A DNA stretch of 27,614 nucleotides. Source: Clostridia bacterium (GTDB taxonomy: Bacteria > Bacillota > Clostridia > Christensenellales > Pumilibacteraceae). The notes under the pieces are model-generated. The model saw only the letters and a program-made list of their open reading frames with translations. It ran no database searches and was not told the origin of the DNA. This document shows positions 7,574-16,232 of this stretch, one piece after another. Made by a program: the position numbers and the translations under genes. How positions within the stretch are numbered: position 1 is the stretch's first letter; every line of letters starts with the position of its first letter. The stretch is from assembly GCA_900762945.1 (NCBI GenBank), contig CAAFIN010000339.1:1-27614 (forward strand), read 5' to 3'.

Positions 7574-9334
7574 TCAGTCAAGTATCAGTCGACCGAATCC
7601 GTCGATACCGGGCGCAACGGTCTTTACGCCGTGCGCGATCGCCGCGTTGTAAGCGTCGGTTATCGCCTGCGCCTTGTATGTCGAATTCATCGTTCCGACG
7701 TAGGCGTTCCACGCGTCGCTATAAGCGGCATTGTAATTGCGGAACGATCCCCACCACTCGCTCGGTTTTTTGGAAAAATCGGGTTGAACGCAGGTAAACG
7801 CGGTATTTCTTTCCATAAGCGTGAACTCGCTGATCATCTTGTCGCACAGTCCGTCAAAATGCTCGGTATAGATGTCATCAGTCAGCATGTAATAATCCGG
7901 ATAGCGGTTGTAGATCTTGGCGTTTTCCATAGCCGCGATCACTTTGTCGCTGTTGGTTTGCAGTTCGTTGTAATATCCCGCAGTAATATTTGTAAACAGT
8001 CGCAGTCCGCTGAAAGTATCCACGCCGTCCAGCGTCTTATAGATTCCGTGCCGTTCGTCCTCGAAACCGAGCAGCGATTCGCGGCGCGTGCCGTTCTCGT
8101 CCGTCACGGTCTTATAATGCACGCCCTCGATACCGTAAGTAAGCAGGTCTACCGCTTCGTCGCCGAGGATCCAGTCCATGAATTTCAACGCGTCGTTGCG
8201 CTTGCTTTCGGACAGCGAGGAACTGATGCATACCGAAGTCCAGAAGTTCGGGTGCCCCTGAATACCGTAACTGCCGTCCTCGCCCGCGGGCGGAGCGAAC
8301 ATGACGATATTCTCCGCGGCTTCCGCGTAAGTCCAGTTCTTCTGCGTGACGAAGTAGGAAAGCACGGTGTTCAGCATGACCTGATTTTCGATAATGCCCA
8401 CGTTGCCGTTGCCGAACGCCGCAATCTTGTTGTTGCTTTCGTTCGTAACCCAACTGGGGTCCATATATCCGTTTGCGAGCATGCTGTTGATTACGCTGAC
8501 GGAGTACTTGTTGCCCTCGCTTATGCCGCTGAACTCGTACTTGCCGTCGCCGTCGTTATCTTCCATCACGCGATATCCGCCGCCCGCGACGTACAGCCAG
8601 TTGTCGGAATACATGTCCTTGGACGAAGTATAGCCGTAAGTCGTGGTGTTCGGGTCGTTGTCGGGGTCGTAAATGCTGAACGCGCGGCACACGCGGTAAA
8701 ACTCCATAAGGTCTTTGGGAATACCGAACTTGTACTCTTCGTAAATCTCGTCCGTCATGTCCGCTTCCGAAGCGATAACGCCGTCGGCTACGAGTATGGA
8801 CGCGAGTTTCGCGTTGAGATTGTCCAGCCAGTCCTTGCGGATAAACATCGTATGTTCCTGCGTCCAGGTCGTGGGGATCATATACATTTTTCCGCCCATA
8901 AAGTCGATATTGCTCTTCAAAAACTCGTACTTGCTAAGATGCTTGTAAATATTCGGGTACTGCGTTTCCGAAACGTAGTCGGAAATAGGCAGAATCGCGC
9001 CGGCTGCAATCATTTTCTTGAACAGCACGGGCTTTTCCGCGGTGCGCGAAATGAACAGATCGGGAAGTTCTCCGGTATTGAAGTACTGCTGAAGTTTGGT
9101 TTCCGCCTGTCCTCCGCCCGCCGTAAGGCAGGTAAAGTCCACGCCGCAAACTTCCATATACTTTTTATAGAGGTCGGACTTGCGTTTTATAGCGGTGTTC
9201 ACGCCGCTGAGATCGGAATAAAACAGCGTGAGCTTGCCGTCGTTGTCGGTACTTCCGCCGCAACCGGCGAAAACGCCGAAACAGCAGCACAGCGTGAGCA
9301 CCAGTGCAATAAATTTTACCATGAGTTTTTTCAT
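7574..9334 (-). CDS. Carbohydrate ABC transporter solute-binding lipoprotein (CUT1, LplA-like), 586 aa
   Basis: FAGC lipobox and SD AAGGAGA. Family-1 SBP motifs GELPDLF, GKMYMIP, IRKDWLDNL, DPDNDP, ALKFMDW, YGIEGVHY. Lies directly downstream of two permeases. Confidence 0.92.
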   Translation of the reverse strand: MKKLMVKFIALVLTLCCCFGVFAGCGGSTDNDGKLTLFYSDLSGVNTAIKRKSDLYKKYMEVCGVDFTCLTAGGGQAETKLQQYFNTGELPDLFISRTAEKPVLFKKMIAAGAILPISDYVSETQYPNIYKHLSKYEFLKSNIDFMGGKMYMIPTTWTQEHTMFIRKDWLDNLNAKLASILVADGVIASEADMTDEIYEEYKFGIPKDLMEFYRVCRAFSIYDPDNDPNTTTYGYTSSKDMYSDNWLYVAGGGYRVMEDNDGDGKYEFSGISEGNKYSVSVINSMLANGYMDPSWVTNESNNKIAAFGNGNVGIIENQVMLNTVLSYFVTQKNWTYAEAAENIVMFAPPAGEDGSYGIQGHPNFWTSVCISSSLSESKRNDALKFMDWILGDEAVDLLTYGIEGVHYKTVTDENGTRRESLLGFEDERHGIYKTLDGVDTFSGLRLFTNITAGYYNELQTNSDKVIAAMENAKIYNRYPDYYMLTDDIYTEHFDGLCDKMISEFTLMERNTAFTCVQPDFSKKPSEWWGSFRNYNAAYSDAWNAYVGTMNSTYKAQAITDAYNAAIAHGVKTVAPGIDGFGRLILD

Positions 9335-9349
9335 ATAGATTCTCCTTTT

Positions 9350-10279
9350 CTAGGATTTGATCGCGCCCAGCATAACGCCTTGCACGAAGTATTTCTGAAG
9401 CGCGACGTACACGACGACTATGGGGAACAGCGAAATAACTATAATCGCGCCGTTGCGTCCGTCGGAAAAGACCTTGGTCATATCGATTATGCCCGCCTGC
9501 ACATTGTCGACCGAAGCGGACAAAGCGATCTTGACCTGATTTGCGAGCGGGTACATGTTTTCGTTCGTCAGCAGTACCATCGGCCAGTACCAGTCGTTCC
9601 ACTTGCCCACAAGCGTAAACACCGCTATCGTCGCAAGTCCCGCCTTAGAGAGCGGAATTACGAACTGAAACAAACAGCGGAAATCGTCGCAACCGTCCAT
9701 TTTACATGATTCAAGCACTTCTTTGGGCACTTGCGCAAAGAAGTTGCGAAGCAGGATCATATTGAACGCGGAAATGCCGAACGGAAGTATCAGTCCGAGA
9801 TAGTTGTTCGTAAGGTGAAGCGAACGCAGCGTAAGTACCGTGGGAATCAGCCCACCGCCGAAAAACATGGTTATGAGCAGCAGCGTGAAGAAAACTCTTC
9901 TGCCCGGCAGGTCCTTTTTCATGAGGACGTACGCCCCCAGCGACATTATTATCAGCGAATACAGCGTACCCACCGCGGTAAGCACCACCGAAATCACGAA
10001 CGAGCGTCCGATCGCGTCCTGAAACAGTATCAGCTTGTACATTTCGATATTGAAATGTCGTGGCAGAACTATGAACCGCGATGCGAGGAAGTCGTCGCGC
10101 GACGATACCGACAGCATGACTTCGTACACCAGCGGAAACAGACACAATGCGGTGAAAATCGCCAGAAAAACGTAGATCAGCGCTTTCCACACGGTGAGCG
10201 GGTTTTTATTCAGTTTATTCGGGGTTTTGCGCCATTCGATTTTAGTCGGCGCGCCCTGATAGGTTTTTACTTCGTTCAT
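9350..10279 (-). CDS. Carbohydrate ABC transporter permease (MalG/LplC-like), 309 aa
   Basis: Several hydrophobic TM segments; TMFFGGGLIP; EAA-like loop ESCKMDGCDD; WNDWY; C-terminal QKYFVQGVMLGAIKS. Its start overlaps the upstream stop (ATGA). Confidence 0.93.
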   Translation of the reverse strand: MNEVKTYQGAPTKIEWRKTPNKLNKNPLTVWKALIYVFLAIFTALCLFPLVYEVMLSVSSRDDFLASRFIVLPRHFNIEMYKLILFQDAIGRSFVISVVLTAVGTLYSLIIMSLGAYVLMKKDLPGRRVFFTLLLITMFFGGGLIPTVLTLRSLHLTNNYLGLILPFGISAFNMILLRNFFAQVPKEVLESCKMDGCDDFRCLFQFVIPLSKAGLATIAVFTLVGKWNDWYWPMVLLTNENMYPLANQVKIALSASVDNVQAGIIDMTKVFSDGRNGAIIVISLFPIVVVYVALQKYFVQGVMLGAIKS

Positions 10280-11220
10280 TCCGCCACCTCGTACATTCCG
10301 TAACCGTTGATTTTCTTTACGATCGTGTTTGCCGTAAGCAGGAGTATAAAGTTAATGACCGACTTGAACAGACCTATCGCCGTGCCGCGCTCGTAGTGAC
10401 CTTCCTCAAAGCCGGTGCGCATCACCAGCGTATCGATGACGTCGGCTACCGAGTACACGGTCGGGTTATAGAGGTTGTATATCGCGTCGAAGTTCGCGTT
10501 CAGGATATTGCCGACCTGCATGGTGAACATAATGAGAATTATGGGCGCAATGGACGGAAGAGTAATGTGCCGCGCCATTCCCCAACGCTTGCACCCGTCG
10601 ATCGCTGCCGCTTCATACAGCGTGGGATCGATATTCGTTATGCCTGCGGTGTAAATGATAGTTCCCCACCCTGCGTCCTTTATTATACACGAGATTATCA
10701 GCACCGGGTAAAAGAGTTTTTCGTTCGCGAGGAACTCCACTCTCGGCAACCCCATCGTAGCCAGCACGTTGTTGATCGTGCCCGTTGAATAGTTCAATAG
10801 CGAGCCGAGTATACCCGCAAGTATTACCCACGAAATAAAATTCGGGAAGTAAATACACGTCTGAATAAATTTTTTATAAGGTTTGTTCGTCACTTCGTTG
10901 AGAAGCAGCGCGAGAATTATCGGCGCCGGAAAGCAAAACAACAGCGTGAGCAAACTGATGATTATCGTGTTGCGGAACGCGCGAAAAAAGTCAGGCAGAG
11001 CGAATATCGCCTGAAAATGTTTCAATCCTACCCACTCGCTGCCCCAGATACCTTTATTCGGCAAATAATCCTTGAACGCAAGCACTATGCCGTACATCGG
11101 ATAATAAGAAAACACCAGCAACAGCACGAGCACCGGCAGCATCATTATATACACCTGCTTGTTTTGCAAGATACGCGTTTTCAGACTTTTTTTATTCGTT
11201 TTCGTTGCTTTCGTTGTCAT
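10276..11220 (-). CDS. Carbohydrate ABC transporter permease (MalF/LplB-like), 314 aa
   Basis: YYPMYGIVLAFKDY, WVGLKHF, PNFISWV, EAA motif LYEAAAIDGCKRW, HITLPSI, DVIDT. ATGA overlap with the AraC stop. Confidence 0.94.
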   Translation of the reverse strand: MTTKATKTNKKSLKTRILQNKQVYIMMLPVLVLLLVFSYYPMYGIVLAFKDYLPNKGIWGSEWVGLKHFQAIFALPDFFRAFRNTIIISLLTLLFCFPAPIILALLLNEVTNKPYKKFIQTCIYFPNFISWVILAGILGSLLNYSTGTINNVLATMGLPRVEFLANEKLFYPVLIISCIIKDAGWGTIIYTAGITNIDPTLYEAAAIDGCKRWGMARHITLPSIAPIILIMFTMQVGNILNANFDAIYNLYNPTVYSVADVIDTLVMRTGFEEGHYERGTAIGLFKSVINFILLLTANTIVKKINGYGMYEVAE

Positions 11221-12128
11221 TTTTTCACTCCAAAACCGACGTCGGGCGTAAGTTTCTCTGCGGTAAATTCTTCTTTAGGATTGACTCGCGAGTAGTTTTC
11301 GCGATACTCGCTGGCGGTACAACCCGCGTTTTCCTTGAAAACTCTCGCAAAGTATTTCGGATCGGCAAACCCGCAAAGTCCCGCGATTTCGGAAATCGGC
11401 TTGACCGTCTGAGCGAGATAATCGCAAGCGTTCTTGATGCGTATCTGCGTAATGTATTTTTTCGGCGAGATCTTTTTATCGCGCTTGAAAATACGATTTA
11501 TGTAACTCAGACTCAGGTTCAGGTTTTTGCATACGTCGTCCACGGTAAAGTGCGAATTCATGTACGAGCACCCCACGAGGATTTCTATCTGGTTGACGTA
11601 GTGTCCCGCATTGTAGTCGTCCTCGTGGAATATGCCCGTTTTGAGCTTGTCGAAAAGAAGATAAAACAGTCCCAGCCGTTCGTAGTCAGCCGAGGGGCGC
11701 TCGAGGTAACTTTTGTTTATCCTGCCGAACAGGTCGGTTACGGCGCTCCGGTCGCCATTGAAACGCACGCAAACGTTGTCCGCCGACAGATTGAGTTCGC
11801 GCGTCATGTCGTAAGCCGACTGCCCGGCGATCACTATCCAGTAGTAGCGGAACGGGTTATGCTTGTCCGCCTCATAGCGCATTTCCTCCACCGGCGGAAC
11901 GATGAACAAATCGCCCGTTTCCACCGGATATTCGCCGCCGCGATAGTAAACCTTACCCCTTCCGCTGTAAATGTAATGCAGCGAGATATAGTATCGGCGA
12001 TCGTTTTTTGCAACTTCCACCGTCTTGAACGGCGAACACTCCTCTTTGCAGCACTCGATAATCATCGGCCGCGAAAAGTTGCACAGCGGCGTGAAGTAAT
12101 CCGGAACTCGTTTGTTCTCTTCTTTCAT
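11217..12128 (-). CDS. AraC/XylS-family transcriptional regulator, ~303 aa
   Basis: N-terminal cupin-type ligand domain (LHYIYSGRGKV...GDLFIVPP...YYWI) and C-terminal double HTH (LSLSYINRIFK...ISEIAGLCGFADPKYFARVFKENAGCTASEYR). The ATG at 12128 with SD GGAGA is preferred over the TTG at 12167. Confidence 0.92.
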   Translation of the reverse strand: MKEENKRVPDYFTPLCNFSRPMIIECCKEECSPFKTVEVAKNDRRYYISLHYIYSGRGKVYYRGGEYPVETGDLFIVPPVEEMRYEADKHNPFRYYWIVIAGQSAYDMTRELNLSADNVCVRFNGDRSAVTDLFGRINKSYLERPSADYERLGLFYLLFDKLKTGIFHEDDYNAGHYVNQIEILVGCSYMNSHFTVDDVCKNLNLSLSYINRIFKRDKKISPKKYITQIRIKNACDYLAQTVKPISEIAGLCGFADPKYFARVFKENAGCTASEYRENYSRVNPKEEFTAEKLTPDVGFGVKK

Positions 12129-12156
12129 TCGTTTCTCCGAAAATTCGTTTTCTTTC

Positions 12157-15100
12157 CTATTCGGCAAGCGCCGCTTCGATTTCCGCCGCCGCTTCGCCCG
12201 CGTTTACCGAGAACGAAATATTGCTTACCGAAACTGTCGAGTCGTCGTTTTCGTATTTGTAATCGAACGCCACGAACCCGATTCGCTTTTCGGCGGTATT
12301 CAGAAACTCCGCGCCGGAAATATTGCCCTTGCCGTGGCTCTCTAACGGAAGCGTATATGCGGTGTCGGTCGTGATTTTGACGAACTTACCGTTGATGCCG
12401 ACGTACATGACTCCCTGATTGAACACGACTTTCATCGTGTAAGTCCACGGTTTCACGCCGGTCGGGTTCCAGTCGAGGTCGGTCGCGTAATCGAGGTCGT
12501 TGCGATTATCCCAGAAATCAGTGCCCTTGCGCACACAGATCTTGACTTTGCCGCCGTTGTTAAACGCAAAAATTCTGTACTGCACTCCGCCTATTTTCAG
12601 CGCGAGTCCCGAACTCGTTTCGCCGTCCAGCCAGGTGTAATCGGCAGTCACTACGAAGTCCGCGACCGAAATCCCGCCGAAGTATACGGCTTGATTGTCG
12701 GCGGTGAACTCGTACGCGCCGACCGCCTGCCCGCTTTCGAACTTCATCGTCGTGAATTCGAGCGCGGTATCGATCGTGACGTTCTCGTCCCCGATCGTAA
12801 CTTCGGTTTCCGCGTCCGCAAATCTCGCGCTGGTCAGCACGATCGTGTGCGTGCCGGGCGTAAGCGGTATCGAGAAAGCGCCGTTCCCCGCCGTGCCGAG
12901 CGCTCCGCTCTGTTTTTCCTTGACCGAAACGATATCGCCGTCCGAGTACAGTCCGCTCGCGTAGGTATAAGTTCCGCTCGCGATATACGCGTAAGTCACG
13001 GTAACGGTCACTTCGCCCGAAGCGGTCGCGGTGAACTCGTACACGCCCGCCGTCGTAGGTTTCAGCATTTCGCCGTTATAGGTCACGGTCGCTATCGCCG
13101 CTTCCGTCAGCCCCGACAGCGTAAGCGTCGCTTTGCCGCCCTTAAGAACCTTGGTTTCGCTGAGCGCGGCGGTTACTTTTTCGTCCGCGCAAACGACCGA
13201 AAGCGTATAGTAGCAGTCGTCGACCGTCGCTTCCGTCGCCTTGCCGTAGCGAATACCGCTTATCGGGAAGCCGCTTTCGCTCGAGCCGTTGGCGAACAAG
13301 CCGAAGGTCTTTATCGTTTCGCCGTTCCACACCGAAGCCGCGCCGAAATCGGCGTTATTCACCGCGACGGTATGCGGGGTTTCGGCGGTAATTTTCGTCC
13401 ACACGCCGTTAAGTCCGACGTACAGCGCGCCGCCGTACGCCGCGACGGACAATTTGCACTCGACGGTGAACGGAATATCGGTCGCGTAGTCGCGATCGCT
13501 TCTGTCGTTCCAGTCCGTGCCTCGCGTGATTCTCAACTTGAAATTATGCGTTTCCTGATTTTCGAACGCGAGGATTTTGACGGGGCTTACGTCCGCGCCC
13601 GAGTAGTAATACACGCCGCCGGTAGACTCGCCGTTGTCCATGCGTTTTACGACCGCTTCGGCGTAGAAATTCGTTTCTTTCATGCCGGCGAACGCCTTGT
13701 ACTCGCCGCTTACGAGCGTAGCCGCGCCGTTCTCGATCTTCGTTCCGTCCTCGAACCTGCGGGTGGTGAAAGTCAGCGCCGCGGACAAGGTAACGTCCTC
13801 GCCGTTCACCGTCGCTTCGGTTTCGATCTCGGCGTAACGCGAACTTGCCAGCACGAGCGTGTGCGTGCCGTCGACGAGCGGGATAGAGAACGCGCCGTTC
13901 TCCGCCGTGCCGAGCGCTCCGCTAGACTTCTCTTTGATCGTCACGATATCGCCGTCAGAGTACAGCCCGCTCGCGTAAGTATAAGTTCCGCTGACGGTAT
14001 GCGCGTAAATCACGGTGACGGTTACCACGCCCGAAGCGGTGGCGGTAAACTCGTACACGCCCGCCGTCGTAGGTTTCAGCGTTTTGCCGTCGTACTCGAC
14101 TTCGGGTATCGCCGTCGCGGTAAGCCCCGATAGCGTAAGCACCGCTTTGCCGCCTTTAAGCACCTTGGTTTCGTTAAGCGCGGCGGTTACTTTTTCGTCC
14201 GCGCAGGTCGCGGTAAGCGTATAGTAGCAGTCGTCGACCGTCGCTTCCGTCGCCTTACCGTAGCGGACGCCGCTTATCGGATAGCCGACCGCGCTGACGC
14301 CGTTTGCGAGCAAGCCGAACGTCTTGACTTCCTCGTTCCACACCGAAGCGGGATCAAAATCGGTATTGTTCACCACAACGACGTGCGGGGTTTCGGCGGT
14401 TATCGCCGTCCACTTGTCGTTTAATCCGACGTACAGCGATTTTCCGAAGTACGCGACGGAAAGTTTGTACTCCGCCGCGAACGGAATATCCGTCGCGTAG
14501 TCGCGGTCGCTACGGCCGTCCCAGTCCTTGCCACGCGTAAGTCTTATCTTGAAGTTATGCGTCGACTGATCCTCGAACGCGAGAACCTTGACGGGACTGT
14601 CGCTACCGGCGTTGAAGAAAACGCCGCCCACGGTTTCGCCCTCGTCCATGCGTTTCACGGTCGCTTCGACGAAGAAATTCTTCTCTTTCACGCCCGCGAA
14701 CGTCTTGTAATCGCCGTCGGCGAGCGTGGTTGCTCCGCCCGATACGGTCGTGCCGTCGGTGAACGCGAGTTTATCGAAAGTGAATTTATCGGAAATCGCG
14801 ACGTCCGCGTCCGTCACCGTGACGGTGGTTGCGATCTCGCCGAACCGCGCGCTGATAACCTTGAGTTCGTGTTCGCCCGGGGTAAGCCTGAACGAGAATT
14901 CGCCGTCCTTGCCCGCCGTTTCCAAGCCCGTGGTTTCGCTACGGACGATCACTTCGTCGCCGTCCGCGTACAGCCCCGCCGCGTAGTCGTACTCGCCGCT
15001 CACGTTGAACGCACGCGCGAACCTTACTTCTATCGTTCCCGAAACGGTTGCGATAAGTTCGTAAGTATTTTCGCCCGTAGCGGTCAGCGCCCGACCGTTG

Positions 15101-15843
15101 AACGTCACGATCGGCAGGTACGATTCGTCCGCGGGCGTGACGGTGACGGTCACTTTTTCGCCCTTCAGCGCTTCGGTAACGCCGAGCGTAGCCGAGCCGC
15201 CCGCTTCGCAGTCGAGCGAAAGAGTGACGAGACATTCTTTCAGTTGTTCGGCGACGTCCGTGCCGCCCGCGACATTCTCGTGCGTAGAAGTGCCGGTTTC
15301 GGCGTTGCCCACGCCGTACTTTTTCTCTTTTCTCGTAAAGAAATCGAACTCGCCGCTTTTCGTCGCCGCTGTTTTATCGTCGATTTTCAACCAACTGCCG
15401 TCGATCCGAACGTAATAAACGCCGCCCGCGAACACGACTTTGAGGTCGGTCGCGTGGTTCGCGCCCTCGTACTCGACGTCGGTCGCGTACTCGTAAGTCG
15501 CGGTTTCCTCGCCCGATTTACCGACCATATATACGGTCGCGGTTTCGGAATCGACCCGCGCTTTGTCCGCGAAAACGTACGCGCTTCCGTCCTCGGTTTC
15601 GAAATAAACCGCGCCTGCGCGCCTGCCCGCTTCGTCCGAGCGATAGTCAGCGGTTGCGTGCGTTTCCACCCAGAAATCCGCCGAAGCGTCCGCGCTGATC
15701 AGCGCGTAATCCCACGCCGCCGTAAGCGTAACGGTATTGCCGTTCATTATTTTCGAGGGTTGCGGCTTATTATCCCCGCAACCGACTATCGATACCGCCG
15801 CGCACAGCGCGATAAGTACCGTAATAAACCTTAATCGTTTCAT
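12157..15843 (-). CDS. Large non-catalytic surface lipoprotein: four lectin/jelly-roll-like domains separated by pairs of Ig-like spacers, 1228 aa
   Basis: Start moved to the ATG at 15843 (SD GCGGAGG; MKRLRFITVLIALCAAVSIVGC lipobox). Internal repeat period of about 336-338 aa. The sequence is beta-strand-like and rich in T/A/G/V. I recognised no catalytic motif. Fold assignments are inferred. Confidence 0.8.
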   Translation of the reverse strand: MKRLRFITVLIALCAAVSIVGCGDNKPQPSKIMNGNTVTLTAAWDYALISADASADFWVETHATADYRSDEAGRRAGAVYFETEDGSAYVFADKARVDSETATVYMVGKSGEETATYEYATDVEYEGANHATDLKVVFAGGVYYVRIDGSWLKIDDKTAATKSGEFDFFTRKEKKYGVGNAETGTSTHENVAGGTDVAEQLKECLVTLSLDCEAGGSATLGVTEALKGEKVTVTVTPADESYLPIVTFNGRALTATGENTYELIATVSGTIEVRFARAFNVSGEYDYAAGLYADGDEVIVRSETTGLETAGKDGEFSFRLTPGEHELKVISARFGEIATTVTVTDADVAISDKFTFDKLAFTDGTTVSGGATTLADGDYKTFAGVKEKNFFVEATVKRMDEGETVGGVFFNAGSDSPVKVLAFEDQSTHNFKIRLTRGKDWDGRSDRDYATDIPFAAEYKLSVAYFGKSLYVGLNDKWTAITAETPHVVVVNNTDFDPASVWNEEVKTFGLLANGVSAVGYPISGVRYGKATEATVDDCYYTLTATCADEKVTAALNETKVLKGGKAVLTLSGLTATAIPEVEYDGKTLKPTTAGVYEFTATASGVVTVTVIYAHTVSGTYTYASGLYSDGDIVTIKEKSSGALGTAENGAFSIPLVDGTHTLVLASSRYAEIETEATVNGEDVTLSAALTFTTRRFEDGTKIENGAATLVSGEYKAFAGMKETNFYAEAVVKRMDNGESTGGVYYYSGADVSPVKILAFENQETHNFKLRITRGTDWNDRSDRDYATDIPFTVECKLSVAAYGGALYVGLNGVWTKITAETPHTVAVNNADFGAASVWNGETIKTFGLFANGSSESGFPISGIRYGKATEATVDDCYYTLSVVCADEKVTAALSETKVLKGGKATLTLSGLTEAAIATVTYNGEMLKPTTAGVYEFTATASGEVTVTVTYAYIASGTYTYASGLYSDGDIVSVKEKQSGALGTAGNGAFSIPLTPGTHTIVLTSARFADAETEVTIGDENVTIDTALEFTTMKFESGQAVGAYEFTADNQAVYFGGISVADFVVTADYTWLDGETSSGLALKIGGVQYRIFAFNNGGKVKICVRKGTDFWDNRNDLDYATDLDWNPTGVKPWTYTMKVVFNQGVMYVGINGKFVKITTDTAYTLPLESHGKGNISGAEFLNTAEKRIGFVAFDYKYENDDSTVSVSNISFSVNAGEAAAEIEAALAE
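12741..14765. repeat. Intragenic tandem duplication, two copies with a period of ~1008-1014 nt
   Basis: 42 identical nt at 13201-13242 and 14215-14256, and 33 identical nt at 13034-13066 and 14048-14080 (offset 1014). The offset is 1008 at TCCATGCGTTT (13637/14645). Outer boundaries are approximate. Confidence 0.9.
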
Positions 15844-15934
15844 TTTCTGATCCTCCGCATCATTTTCAGATCCTTTCGTTTTTTGAAAAATTTTTTCTTG
15901 CGGGCAAGTCCGGATCTGCCCCGTAGATATTGAT

Positions 15935-15963
15935 AATCTACACCAAGAAACAAGGTTTGTCAA
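15935..15963 (-). promoter_or_regulatory. Sigma70/SigA-type promoter for the left operon
   Basis: Minus strand TTGACA (15963-15958), 17-nt spacer, TAGATT (15940-15935), about 90 nt upstream of the ATG at 15843. Confidence 0.7.
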
Positions 15964-16173
15964 TAAAAACTTTTTTCGCGCGTTCAGATTTTTACACTTA
16001 ACCGATACCGACCTCCACGGCAAATTCGGCGTAATTTCCGTTAAAAACGCGTAATTTACCCCACATTTCCGCTACTTCGACCGTGTCAATCGTCAAACTA
16101 GTTCCGTTTCGTCCACCTCTTGCCGCGTGTGAAAAACCGTACTTGAGGTCATAAAAGTCCACCCGAAAAACCG

Positions 16174-16202
16174 TTGACTAATCCGCGCGTTTATCGTATT
16201 AT
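16174..16202 (+). promoter_or_regulatory. Sigma70/SigA-type promoter for the GH78-like gene
   Basis: TTGACT (16174-16179), 17-nt spacer, TATTAT (16197-16202), 30 nt upstream of the ATG at 16233. Confidence 0.7.
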
Positions 16203-16232
16203 TATAGTATCTTTTATCTAGCGAGATCTATT

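Noticed and set aside
10276..11220. Lower GC in the permease gene (spot counts of about 35-43% in three 60-nt lines vs about 58% in one line of the lipoprotein gene) as a sign of horizontal transfer
   Set aside because: It can be explained by the Ile/Phe/Leu/Asn/Lys-rich membrane protein composition. The gene is translationally coupled to its neighbours and there are no mobility genes or flanking repeats. A GC3 or codon analysis would be needed.
15926..15944. Resemblance of GATATTGATAATC to a Fur box
   Set aside because: Only the left half matches. The right half of the 7-1-7 dyad is poor, and a different dyad (GTAGAT/ATCTAC) explains the site better. No iron-related genes are present.
15844..16023. 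60-aa N-terminal extension of the 1288-aa ORF; likewise the extensions to 3650, 6315, 7544 and 12167
   Set aside because: Downstream ATGs have good SD motifs and, for the exported proteins, put the signal peptide at the N-terminus. The 16023 extension runs through the predicted promoter.
16084..16089. Second minus-strand TTGACA
   Set aside because: No plausible -10 hexamer lies 16-18 nt downstream.
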